A stretch of 64,000 bases of DNA, taken from the NCBI RefSeq assembly GCF_006345805.1, contig NC_043014.1:45694001-45758000 (forward strand). The letters are read 5' to 3'. Position numbers and translations under genes: made by a program. The notes under the pieces are model-generated. The model was not told the origin of the DNA and ran no database searches. It worked only from the letters and a program-made list of their open reading frames with translations. Of this stretch, positions 12,371-23,932 are shown one piece after another; within the stretch, counting starts at the first letter, position 1; the number at the start of each line of letters is the position of its first letter. The DNA is from Octopus sinensis. Its lineage: Eukaryota.

Positions 12371-12535
12371 AGAGTGTGTGTGTGTGTGTGTGTTGTGTGT
12401 GTGTGTGTGGTGTGTGTGTGTGTGTCTGCTGTCTTATACATGTAATGGTAAAACTGTCATTGCAATGCTTTGTAATGTATTAGGGTGGTGCATAATTACT
12501 GCGACTTTTTTTTTTCCCAACAAATTTTATTCAGC

Positions 12536-13226
12536 CGTGCTGATGGCACGTAAAAAGCACCATCCGTTCGTGGCAGTTGCCAGCCTCGCCTGGCCCCCCG
12601 TGCTGGTGGCACGTAAAAAGCACCATCCGTTCGTGGCAGTTGCCAGCCTCGCCTGGCCCCCGTGCTGGTGGCACGTAAAAAGCACCATCCGTTCGTGGCA
12701 GTTGCCAGCCTCGCCTGGCCCCCGTGCTGGTGGCACGTAAAAAGCACCATCCGTTCGTGGCAGTTGCCAGCCTCGCCTGGCCCCCGTGCCGGTGGCACGT
12801 AAAAAGCACCATCCGTTCGTGGCTGTTGCCAGCCTCGCCTGGCCCCCGTGCTGGTGGCACGTAAAAAGCACCATCCGTTCGTGGCAGTTGCCAGCCTCGC
12901 CTGGCCCCCGTGCCGGTGGCACATAAAAAGCACCATCCGATCATGGCCGTTGCCAGCCTCGCCTGGCCCCCGTGCCGGTGGCACGTAAAAAGCACCATCC
13001 GATCGTGGCCGTTTGCCAGACGAGTCTGGCACCTGTGCTGGTGGCACGTAAAAAGCACCCACTACACTCATGGAGTGGTTGGCGTTAGGAAGGGCATCCA
13101 GCCGTAGAAACATTGCCAGATCAGACTGGGCCTGGTGCAGCCTTCTGGCTTCCCAGACCCCAGTTGAACCATCCAACCCATGCTAGCATGGAAAGCAGAT
13201 GTTAAACAATGATGATGATGATGATG
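12536..13226 (+). mobile_element. RTE-tail SINE-like element with internal 62-bp minisatellite (~9 units)
   Basis: taaaaagcacc recurs at 12551, 12614, 12676, 12738, 12800, 12862, 12924, 12986, 13049; then the family 3' end and (GAT)n tail. Confidence 0.9.
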
Positions 13227-13479
13227 AAAAACCATCTTTAAATGATTATTCCAGAGCGTATTCACCATCTACTTCTATTTCTGCTTGGCATTTTGTTTAA
13301 ATTGGTGTTTTGGTTAAATTGGCATTTTCTTAAAATTTTTTGTTGAATAAAATTTCAAAAAATAAAAAAAAAAAAAATAGCTGCAATAATTATGCACCAA
13401 CCTAATATATCTTTGTAATGCTTATATGTATAAGTCTGTGAACAGTTGTATTGCAATGCGTGTGTGTGTGTGTGTGTGT

Positions 13480-14003
13480 GTGTGGGGATTCATTAATGTA
13501 TTTCTGAACGCTTGCAAAGACCTGTTGGGGCGAGTGAAATCGAAATTGAACCAAATTCGATGACTGGCACCTGTACCAGTGGAGCGCTATCAGCTCCATC
13601 CGAGCGGGATCACTGCCAGAGCAGCTGTCTGGCTTCTGTGCCAGTGGCACTTGAGCGTGATCATTACCAGTGTCGCCTTACTGGCACTTATACCGGTGGC
13701 ACGTGAACAAAACATTTGAGCGAGGTTGTTGCCAGTGCCGCTGGACTGACTCCTGTGCAGGTGGCACGTAAAAAACACCATTTCGAGCGTGGCCGTTGCC
13801 AGTACCGCCAGACTGGCCCTCGTGCCAGTGGCTCGTAAAAGCACCCACTACACTCGTGGAGTGGTTGGCGTTGGGAAGGGCATCCAGCTGTAGAAACTCT
13901 GCCAGATCAGACTGGAACCTGGTTCAGCCATGTGGTTCGCCAGTCCTCAGCCAAATTGTCCATCCCATGCTAGCATGGAAAGCGGACGTTAAATGATGAT
14001 GAT
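13480..14003 (+). mobile_element. RTE-tail SINE-like element, long variant
   Basis: Diverged gtggcacgt..aaaa repeats followed by the same 3' end and gatgat tail. Confidence 0.8.
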
Positions 14004-14212
14004 TACATGCAGGACTGCTCATAGCTGTATGAAAATCTGCACGAAAGTGTGTACATGCATGAGTGTGCACTTGTATGATTGTATAACCAAATAACTGCCT
14101 GTATGGAAAAATATGTGTGTGTGTGTGAGAGAGAGACTATTCTTGTACAAGTGTGTTATTTGGATTCATAGGATCTCAACAGCAACAACCACAACAATTT
14201 AATATTACTCAC

Positions 14213-14503
14213 ATCGCACATACAGAGTTGTAACTGCACTGGAATTTGCATTGAGGACTGCATCTCCTAAAGAAGGTATCAATGAGTTTGTACTTTCACA
14301 TGTATATTCCCTGGCAATCAGTCTGCTGGCACTGCTGCTGGTCAATCTGGTGAGTATATTGGAAGGTCTAGTAGTTTCTACTCCAACAGACGGGGTCCAG
14401 CGTAAGACGTTTGGCATTGGGTTTGCATCTGCACGGCATTCGAACTGCACTGGGTCGGTGATGTTGACCACAACTTTCGGCACTACTGTGAGTTTCGGTT
14501 TAT
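14213..14503 (-). CDS. IgSF exon: Ig4
   Basis: Acceptor ttctccag, donor gtgagt; 291 nt; KPKLTV..VQFECRADANP..W..EYTCESTN..LYVR. Confidence 0.93.
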
Positions 14504-14624
14504 CTGGAGAATAAAAAAGAGAAAACAGAAGCAAATGAATTTTAACAGAATTTTGAAGCACTACAATACACACATACAAACAGACACAAACACAAATCTA
14601 CATGTAATTGTCTAATTATTCCAG

Positions 14625-14880
14625 CTCCCGTGCCGGTGGCACGTAAAAAGCACCAATCCGATCGTGGCCACTGCCAGCCTCGCCTGGTACCTGTGCCGGT
14701 GGCGCGTAAAAAGCACCCACTGCACTCACGGAGTGGTTGGCATTAGGAAGGGCATCCAGCTGTAGAAACACTGCCAGATCAGACTGGAGCCTGGTGCAGC
14801 CTTCTGGCTTCCCAGATCCCCGGCCGAACCGTCCAACCCATGCTAGCAGGGAAAATGGACATTAAACGATGATGATGCTG
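14625..14880 (+). mobile_element. RTE-tail SINE-like element
   Basis: Same family, two internal units. Confidence 0.8.
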
Positions 14881-15354
14881 ATTCCTCTATGTTAAGCTAT
14901 GTTGTGGAAAATAACAGTAAGGCTGAAATTCTAGTCACTATACCACCAATCTAGGTTAAATTCAACCCAAATTAAATGATAGTCATTATGCATCAACCTA
15001 GATTAAATCTACCTATTATGCCATAAAATTATTTCTACTTGCTGTACCACCAGGTTTAGCTTAACAATGATAATAATTCTCTCTATTGTAAGCAAAAGGC
15101 CTGGTTTTTTGTAGAGAAGGAGAAGGCTAATTGATTATCTCAAACCCAGCGCTCAACTAGTACTTCTTTCACGGACCCTGAAAGGATAAAATATTTTTTA
15201 TTTTTCGTTTTTGGATTTGGTTTGCAAGATTCCTTATGTGAGTTCGTGTGTTGAAGCATATTCTGTTGTGTCTGGGGAGAGTCATTTTCTTTTTGTGCCT
15301 TATAATGTAACACACTCACTGGTAAAAATTTTTTATTTATTGCCTTTTTTCCCC

Positions 15355-15680
15355 CGCTCAGAGGTTAGAGCATCGAGCTTACGATCGTGAGGTTGTGAGC
15401 TCGAATCCCGGACCTTGCTGCGTGTTGTGTTCTTGAGCAAAGCACTTTATTTCACGTTGCTCCAGTTCACTCAGCTGTAGAAATGAGTTGTGACGTCACT
15501 GGTGCCAAGCTGTATCGACCTTTGTCTTTCTCTTGGATAACACTGGTGGCGTGGAGAGGGGAGGCTGGTATGCATGGGCGACTGCTGGTCTTCCATAAAC
15601 AACCTTGCCCGGACTTGTGTCTAGGAGGGTAACTTTCTAGGTGCAATCCCATGGTCATTCATGACCGAAGGGGGTCTTTT
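15355..15680 (+). mobile_element. tRNA-derived SINE, third family
   Basis: B box gctcgaatccc, body ttgagcaaagcactttatttcacgttgctccag shared with 22604 and 52880. Confidence 0.78.
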
Positions 15681-16629
15681 ATCATCAAAAGTAAAGGGGA
15701 ATTACACATTTATTTTACTCTTTTTTTTTTAGCAGGTCTTCTCAAAAATATTTTTTTATATCTATTTTCCTGAGCTCGACATCAGGGTGTAATTTGTAAA
15801 AAAAATATTTTTTTTAAAAGCCGAAAATCAACATATAAACTTATCTGTGGCTGTTTTTGAAATTATATGTTTTGGGTGAGTTTACTGGTCACACTGTGAA
15901 AAAGACAAGTTAACTCGTCTTTGCCGGGTAAGGGCTTAAACAATGAAGTTTAGTACAATTTATGTCGGTAACAACAGTTTCTGTTGTACAGCCCAGGGCA
16001 ACTGGCATGTTTTATATTGCTTCTGAGAAGTGAAAACAAAGCAAATTATAAGAAATAGGAAAGTCAATGGTTTACACTTTCAAGGCAAAGATCTCCTGTT
16101 CAGGAAAAGCGCATCAGGGATTTGGTGGTTGCACACTAGCTGTCCTGCTCTGTAGTGCATGTATGTATATGGAGGAGGAGGAGGAGGTGAGCTTTGTATG
16201 CAAAGGATCTTTTATTTGTTTCAGTCATTTGACTGTGGCCATGCTGGGGTTTTAGTCAAAGGCTTGTTTCTCATTTTTAGGCCTGGCACTTATTCTATTG
16301 GTCTCTTTTGCCAAACCATTAAGCTATGGGGACATAAACACACTAACACCAGGTGTCAAGCAGTGGTGGGGGACAAATGCAAATACACACACACATCTAT
16401 GACAAGCTTCTTTCTGTTTCCATCTACCAAATCCACTCACAGGGCTTTGGTCAGCTGATGGCTATAGTAGAAGACATTTTCTCGAGGTGCAATGCAATGA
16501 GGCCGAACCTGGGGCTTTAGACATTTAATAAATATGCTAATTTCCTTATACTTTATAAGATAGAGGCAAAAGGCCAAGCACTGATATCTCATTGAAGCTA
16601 GGATTTGATTGGTACTTTATTTTATTGCC

Positions 16630-17240
16630 TTTACTTGTACTTATACTTGTGGTGGCGTTCACCCTGGGTGGGTTGAGCCAGCTTCTTCTTTGATCCTAAC
16701 GGTATCACGAACCATGGCGGCCCACGCTCGACGGTCCTGTGCGAGGTCACTGGAGATAGCGAGCCATTCGCGGTTCCATCTGCGCAGGCCGACCACCTGC
16801 AAACCTGAGAGTTCAGAGAGGTCCTCCTCTATTGTCGTTGTCCAGGACTTCAGCTGCTTGTCCGTGCGTTTGCACCAGTTGGGAATTGGAAGTGGGGGGA
16901 GGAGGACATTGTGAACCAGCTCACCCTCTGGATGCTGGGCTGCATGACCGAACCACATTAAGCGCCGCTGTAGAAGCATCGTAGGGAGGGGCCGGAGACT
17001 CAGGCGATGACGAAGACTGGCTGTAGGAACCCAATCAATGCGTCGGCAGCAAAGAATGCGGCGGAGACAGTCATTGTCAAACACCTCCAGCCTTCACTGA
17101 TCGGCTACCCTCATAGGCCATGCTTCGCAACCATAGAGGAGGATAGTACGAACGACGGCCTGGTAGATTCGCCCTTTGGTCACTCTTCTTTATTGCCCAT
17201 CTCCCCACCACCCACAAGGAAGGTGAAATTCAAGGTCGAT
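16630..17240 (-). mobile_element. RTE-clade LINE 3' fragment (5'-truncated)
   Basis: [21 protein letters not shown] then CLRRIL..RRLMWFGH..AQDRRAW motifs; in-frame stop. Confidence 0.92.
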
Positions 17241-17519
17241 CCTGTCATGGTTTGAAGGTAGCAAATCCTCACGGGCATATCAGCAAGTGGTATGATCCTT
17301 TCGCATTTAAACTGGTCATGTTTGGCTCAAATATTCCACCTGTGTTACGTTCAAGCCAGCCGGATCTGACCTCTTGCACCTAACCTACAATGTCATTCTA
17401 GTCATTCTGAAAGTAAACAATCACATCATTGAAATCCCCCAAAGCTAGAAAATAATCCATGAACAATTAAAAGCAACATAAATACATTGCCTTTTATACT
17501 TGACAGAGTAATCTGAATG

Positions 17520-19503
17520 TTAACCCTTTCGTGACCAACCCCGCTGAAACCGGCTCTGGCTCTGAGTATAAATGTCTTGTTTTCATAAGTTTTGAATTAA
17601 AATCTTCCACCAAACCTTAGTTATCATTAAGCTAGTGTTAGGAACATAAATTGTGACTAAGTTATTTTACTAAATTCTTTGTTATATTTAAAGTAATTGA
17701 AAGAAACACAGAGCATCTCAAAATAAATACAGTAATGAAAGGGTTAAAATATATAATAGAGAAACAATTCTTAACCCTTTTAATACCAACCCAGCTGAAA
17801 CCACTTCTGGCTCTGTAGTACAAATGTCTTGTTTTCATAAGTTTTGAATTAAAATCTTCCACCAAACCTTAGTCACAATTTATGTTCTAACACTAGCTTA
17901 ATGATAACTAAGTTATTTTACTAAATTCTTTGTTATATTAAAAGTAATTGAAAGAAACACAGAGCATCTCAAAATAAATACAGTAATGAAAGGGTTAAAA
18001 TATATAATAGAAAACAATTCTTAACCCTTTTAATACCAACCCAGCTGAAACCACTTCTGGCTCTGTAGTACAAATGTCTTGTTCATAAGTTTTGAATTAA
18101 AATCTTCCACCAAATCTAAGTCACAATTTATGTTCCTAACACTAGCTTAATGATAACTAAGTTATTTTACTAAATTCTTTGTTATATTTAAAGTAATTGA
18201 AAGAAACACAGAGCATCTCAAAATAAATACAGTAATGAAAGGGTTAAAATATATAATAGAGAAACAATTCTTAACCCTTTTAATACCAACCCAGCTGAAA
18301 CCACTTCTGGCTCTGTAGTACAAATGTCTTGTTTTCATAAGTTTTGAATTAAAATCTTCCACCAAATCTAAGTCACAATTTATGTTCCTAACACTAGCTG
18401 AATGATAACTAAGTTATTTTACTAAATTCTTTGTTATATTTAAAAGTAATTGAAAGAAACACAGAGCATCTCAAAATAAATACAGTAATGAAAGGGTTAA
18501 AATATATAACAGAGACACAATTCCTAACCCTTTTGATACCAACCCAGCTGAAACCACCTCTGGTTCTGTAGTACAAATGTCTTGTTTTCATAAGTTTTGA
18601 ATTCAAATCTTCCACCAAACCTTAGTCACAATTTATGTTCCCTAACACTAACTTAATGATAACTAAGTTATTTTACTAAATTCTTTGTTATATTTAAAGT
18701 AATTGAAAGAAACACAGAGCATCTCAAAATAAATACAGTAATGAAAGGGTTAAAATATATAATAGAGAAACAATTCTTAACCCTTTTAATACCAACCCAG
18801 CTGAAACCACTTCTGGCTCTGTAGTACAAATGTCTTGTTTTCATAAGTTTTGAATTAAAATCTTCCACCAAATCTAAGTCACAATTTATGTTCCTAACAC
18901 TAGCTGAATGATAACTAAGTTATTTTACTAAATTCTTTGTTATATTTAAAGTAATTGAAAGAAACACAGAGCATCTCAAAATAAATACAGTAATGAAAGG
19001 GTTAAAATATATAATAGAGAAACAATTCTTAACCCTTTTAATACCAACCCAGCTGAAACCACTTCTGGCTCTGTAGTACAAATGTTTGTTTCATAAGTTT
19101 TGAATTAAAATCTTCCACCAAATCTAAGTCACAATTTATGTTCCTAACACTAGCTGAATGATAACTAAGTTATTTTACTAAATTCTTTGTTATATTTAAG
19201 TAATTGAAAACACAGAGCATCTCAAAATAAATACAGTAATGAAAGGGTTAAAAAATATAATAGAGAAACAATTCTTAACCCTTTTAATACCAACCCAGCT
19301 GAAACCACTTCTGGCTCTGTAGTACAAATGTCTTGTTTTCATAAGTTTTGAATTAAAATCTTCCACCAAATCTAAGTCACAATTTACGTTCCTAATACTA
19401 GCTGAATGATAACTAAGTTATTTTACTAAATTCTTTGTTATATTTAAAGTAATTGAAAGAAACACAGAGCATCTCAAAATAAATACAGTAATGAAAGGGT
19501 TAA
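17520..19503. repeat. Tandem array of 8 piggyBac-type MITE units (~250-bp period) with constant 23-bp spacer
   Basis: Each unit TTAACCCTTT..AAAGGGTTAA; starts at ~17520, 17771, 18021, 18271, 18524, 18777, 19029, 19275; spacer aatatataatagagaaacaattc. Confidence 0.93.
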
Positions 19504-19516
19504 ATGGTTAACTTAC

Positions 19517-19657
19517 ATAAAACATCAAGAGACAAAAATGCTTTGCCGGTTGCTACAGCATTGACTGCTTCACATCTGTAGGAGCCATGCATACCCTTAT
19601 CTACAGCAGTAATCCTAAAGGAGAACTTTCCAGCTTTTAATTCACTGTTGGCTGCAC
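19517..19657 (-). CDS. IgSF exon: Ig3 C-half (not in ORF track)
   Basis: Manual translation: acceptor gctttag at 19658-19660, donor gtaagt at 19516-19511; 141 nt; (S)AANSELKAGKFSFRITAVDKGMHGSYRCEAVNAVATGKAFLSLDVL(Y) completes Ig3. Confidence 0.93.
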
Positions 19658-19739
19658 CTAAAGCAAATAATGAAGAGAAGAGAGAAAAGAACCTGTAGTA
19701 ATTAAAATATCAAGATAATTTACCCTTAGGAAAAAGAAG

Positions 19740-19883
19740 GTTTACCAACCACATGGTTCCGGGTTCAGTCCCACTGCGTGGCACCTTGGGCAAGTGTCTT
19801 CTGCTATAGCCTCGGGCAGACCAAAGCCTTGTGAGTGGATATGGTAGACAGAAACTGAAAGAAGCCCATCGTATGTATATATG

Positions 19884-19952
<69 letters not shown>

Positions 19953-20175
19953 ATGTGTGTGTGTCTGTGTTGTCCCCCTAGTATTGCTTGACAACCGATG
20001 CTGGTGTGTTTATGTCCCCGTTACTTAGCGGTTCGGCAAAAGAGACCGATAGAATAAGTACTGGGCTTACAAAAGAATAAGTCCCGGGGTCAAGTTGCTC
20101 GATTAAAGGCGGTGCTCCAGCATGGCCGCAGTCAAATGACTGAAACAAGTAAAAGAGTAAAAGAATAAAGAGTAA
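19740..20175 (+). mobile_element. CORE-like SINE
   Basis: Matches 5225-5638. Confidence 0.87.
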
Positions 20176-20544
20176 ATCTGGTATGGTTTCTACAGCTAGA
20201 TGCCCTTCCTAATGCCAACCACTCCTAGAGTGTAATGGGTGCTTTTACATGCCACCAGCACAGGTGCCATTTGCGTGACAACAGTATCTGTCACGACTGC
20301 GATTTTACTTGGCTTGATGGATCTTCTCAAGCATGACATAATGACAAAGGTCTCTGTCATTGCCTCTGCAAGAGCCAGCACTCGAAAGGGGCTTTTCATC
20401 ATCATTTAACATCTGTTGTCCAAGCTGGACAGTATGACCAGAGCCAGAGAGCTGCACCAGACTCTGATTTGGCATGGTTTCTACAGACTGTGGCCATGCA
20501 GGAGCACTGCCTTCAGGGGTTTTAGCCATACGAATTGACACCAG

Positions 20545-20870
20545 GACTGATTTTTTTTAAAGCCTAGTACTTATTCTATCAGACACTTTTGCTGAACTGC
20601 TAAGTTACAGGGATGTAAACAAACCAACACCCATTGTCAAGCAGTGATGGGGGATGAGGAGGGGCAGACATATATACATGCACACACACACACACACACT
20701 CAAACAACAGGCTTCTTTCAGTTTCCATCTACCATATTCACTCAGAAGACTTTGGTCAGCCGGAGGCCATAACAGAAGATACTTGAACACACCAAAGTGC
20801 CATGCGGTGAGACTGAACCTGGAACCACGTGGTTTGGAAACAAACTTCTTACCACACAGCCATGTCTGCA
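20545..20870 (-). mobile_element. CORE-like SINE (reverse, diverged)
   Basis: Reverse complement of the same family. Confidence 0.8.
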
Positions 20871-20899
20871 TCTATATGATGATGGTTTAAAAATTTTTT

Positions 20900-21281
20900 T
20901 TTATGTGGTAAGTAGCTTGCTAACCAACCACATGGTTCTGGGTTCAGTCCTACTGCGTGGCACCTTGGGCAAATGTCTTCTACTATAGCATCGGGCCGAC
21001 CAAAGCCTTGTGAGTGGATTTGGTAGATGGAAACTGAAAGAAGCCCGTCGTATATATGTATATATATATATGTGTATGTGAGTTTGTGTGTCTGTGTTTG
21101 TCCCTCCAACATCGCTTGACAACCGATGCTGGTGTGTTTATGTCCCCATAACTTAGCGGTTTGGCAAAAGAGACTGATAGAATAAGTACTGGGCTTCTTG
21201 GGGTCGATTTGCTCGACTAAAGGTGGTGCTCCAGCATGGCCGCAGTCAAATGACTGAAACAAGTAAAAGAGTAAAGAGTAA
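20900..21281 (+). mobile_element. CORE-like SINE
   Basis: Matches 5225-5638. Confidence 0.87.
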
Positions 21282-21611
21282 GGGATATCAGGAGATGGGG
21301 GTGGGGTATATTAGTTGTGATAATCATTTCTTTGTCTGCCACAAGGGCAATAACGATCATCTTTTACTTGTTTCACTCACTGGACTGCAGCCATACTGGA
21401 AAATCGCCTTGAAGTGTATAGTCAAACAAACTGAATCCAATGATTTTGATAGTTCTCCAGGAGGTTCATTGCTTTATATGCACTCTTAACAAGCTGTGGT
21501 GCACCTAAGCACTGTATACAATAATTTCATTATTATCGTTATTATCATTATCATCATTATTATTATTATTAAATCTCAGAACGAGATGTAAACAGTAATC
21601 GCTCGACAATG

Positions 21612-21842
21612 TAAAGTATAAAAGCCATCTCAATATGGCTAACCACAAAGGGGGGGGGGGTGTTACTGTAGCTTTTTAGCCCCAGGAGATCATCGTCTCC
21701 AGCTGGCTTTAGACACACTTTCTGTGGGCACAGAAAGTGTGTCTAAAGCCAGCTGGAGACGATGACCTCCTGGAGCTAAAAAGCTACAGTAACACCCCCC
21801 CCCCTTTGTGGTTAGCCATATTGAGATGGCTTTTATACTTTA
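21612..21842. repeat. Near-perfect palindrome, ~115-bp arms, 2-nt loop
   Basis: Centre tttctgtg-gg-cacagaaa at 21727-21728; outer arm sequence shared with the Helitron-like element at 25400-25470. Confidence 0.95.
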
Positions 21843-21847
21843 TATTA

Positions 21848-21878
<31 letters not shown>

Positions 21879-21979
21879 TATTAAGGTGGTCCTTGAAGAA
21901 ACTGGTAAGGTCTTGACTGAAAAAGAGCATCAATGTTTCCTTATACATCATAAGAACAATGTAAAATAATGCAACTTAC

Positions 21980-22120
21980 TTCGAAGTTGAGTTGATCCTT
22001 TCCACAAATGTGCCTCCGTTGCTTTTGGATTAGCATCTATATGGCACGTCAATGTGACAGAAGTACCCTCAATAACTTTATATGGATTGTAATCAGGGGT
22101 TACTTTAACTGATGGTGCAT
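21980..22120 (-). CDS. IgSF exon: Ig3 N-half
   Basis: Acceptor tttcctgacag, donor gtaagt; 141 nt; APSVKV..VTLTCHIDANPK..LWKG. Confidence 0.93.
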
Positions 22121-22195
22121 CTGTCAGGAAAAAAAAATCATAAATGAAAGACAAATTTATATACATGTAACAATCAAAAGATTTTATAAAAAAAT

Positions 22196-22600
22196 AAAAG
22201 ACTAAAGTTCTAAAAGACTAAAGTCCTAAAAGACTGAAGTCCTAAAAGACTAAAGTCCTAAAAGACTGAAGTCCTAAAAGACTGAAGTCCTAAAAGACTG
22301 AAGTTCTAAAAGACTAAAGTCCTAAAAGACTGAAGTCCTAAAAGACTGAAGTTCTAAAAGACTGAAGTTCTAAAAGACTAAAGTTCTAAAAGACTGAAGT
22401 TACAAAAGACTGAAGTTACAAAAGACTGAAGTTACAAAAGACTGAAGTCACAAAAGACTGAAGTCACAAAAGACTGAAGTCACAAAAGACTGAAGTCATA
22501 AAAGACTGAAGTCATAAAAGACTGAAGTCATAAAAGACTAACATCATAAAAGACTAATGTCATAAAAGACTAAAGTTATAAAAGACTAAAGTTACAAAAG
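22196..22600. repeat. 16-bp minisatellite (aaaagactRaagtYNN), ~25 units
   Basis: Visible tandem units with blockwise variants. Confidence 0.95.
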
Positions 22601-22603
22601 GTG

Positions 22604-22830
22604 TGGAGGTGCATGGCTTAGTGGTTAGGGTGATAGACTCATGATTGTAAGATTGTGGTTTCGGTTCCTGGACTGGTTGACGTGTTGTGTTCTTGAGCTA
22701 AACACTTCATTTCACGTTGCTCCAGTCCACTCAGCTGGCAAAAGTGAGTAATCCTGTGCTGGACCAGTGTCATATCCAGGTGGGGAATACATATGCCATG
22801 GAAACCCAGGAAACCTGTCCTTTTAGAGTC
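22604..22830 (+). mobile_element. tRNA-derived SINE, third family
   Basis: ggaggtgcatggcttagtggttagg head; body as at 15355. Confidence 0.8.
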
Positions 22831-23031
22831 GGCAATACTCAAGAACCAAGCCTTACCTTTACCTACCCTGTCTTGTCATATTTTTTCTTTTCATAGGGAG
22901 TGTCTAGGATTGCATTATCTAATGCATCCTTTCTGTTTTTAAGCCATAAGATCTTATTTGAGGGATAATCTGGCTGCTACATCTAGTAGGTTTCGTAACT
23001 GAACAGAAGCTTTACACTGGTTCAACTAGCT

Positions 23032-23295
23032 CAGTAGTTCTCATCTGGGGTCCAAATGACCCTTGCAGGTCCATATAAGATTTTGTTAAAATTTGGCATA
23101 AATTGGTGATATTTCTACAACAATGTGCAAAATATTTTAACAGCATTTTGTACAATCCCTCATAATATTTGATTACAAAAATACAACAGGATTTTTTAAA
23201 GATATGAAATGGCAATGGTGGTGGTGGCGGGGCTCTACAAGAGTAAAATAGGAAACAAGGAGATCCAGAGGTAACAAAATGGTTGAGAAAAACTG
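23032..23295. mobile_element. hAT-like MITE
   Basis: Termini cagtagttctca / tgagaaaaactg; degenerate 8-bp TSD aactagct/acctagtt. Confidence 0.6.
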
Positions 23296-23359
23296 ACCTA
23301 GTTGTGAAATCCCCATGTCATGCTTGACTAAGCAAGCCATGATAAAATACACAGATATT

Positions 23360-23843
23360 GGATCTTTTCGGTTTGAACAGCAGTTTTTAACATAATTTCT
23401 AGGTAACTAAAAAATTTTAAACTTCGTATACTGGTAGAATGTGTTTATAAAACATCTTTTTCTCTTGGCTTTATTGAGAAAATTCTATGGTTTGTAAGAT
23501 ATTTCGTCTTTAATTTCTTGCATTTCGGCAATTTCAACCAATCAATGACCGTTTATTGAGGCGAAAAACATTCTGTGCCATATGAATATGTCCCTCGTTT
23601 AAGAAACAGATTGGGTTTATTTACATTTGTGAAGAAGAAAAGATACCCTTCCCCCACCCCTAACCCTAACTAACCGTGTATCTAAAATAGATTGAAATGC
23701 AATAGATCGATACTAGGGTCATAATTATGAGTGACAATTTCATATGACACTGCTAGAAAAAAACTGTATACCAGTATACGAAGTTTAAAATTTTTTAGTT
23801 ACCTAGAAATTGTTAAAAACTGCCGTTCAAACGGAAAAGATCC
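23360..23843 (+). mobile_element. Merlin-like MITE with TIR extended to ~75 bp; TSD cagatatt/tagatatt
   Basis: Right end is an inverted copy of the left ~75 bp. Confidence 0.85.
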
Positions 23844-23932
23844 TAGATATTTTACTAAATTCTCGCCCCCATCACCACCACCACCAAATGGTAGCACATA
23901 AAAGAAAAGAGGAAAACCAATGAAACACTTAC

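Noticed and set aside
12378-13176. Long overlapping ORFs (up to 226 aa)
   Set aside because: Product of a stop-poor 62-bp tandem unit.
17520-19503. Repeat-spacer array as CRISPR-like
   Set aside because: Spacers are identical, units are ~227 bp with TTAA/TIR ends, the context is eukaryotic and there are no cas genes.
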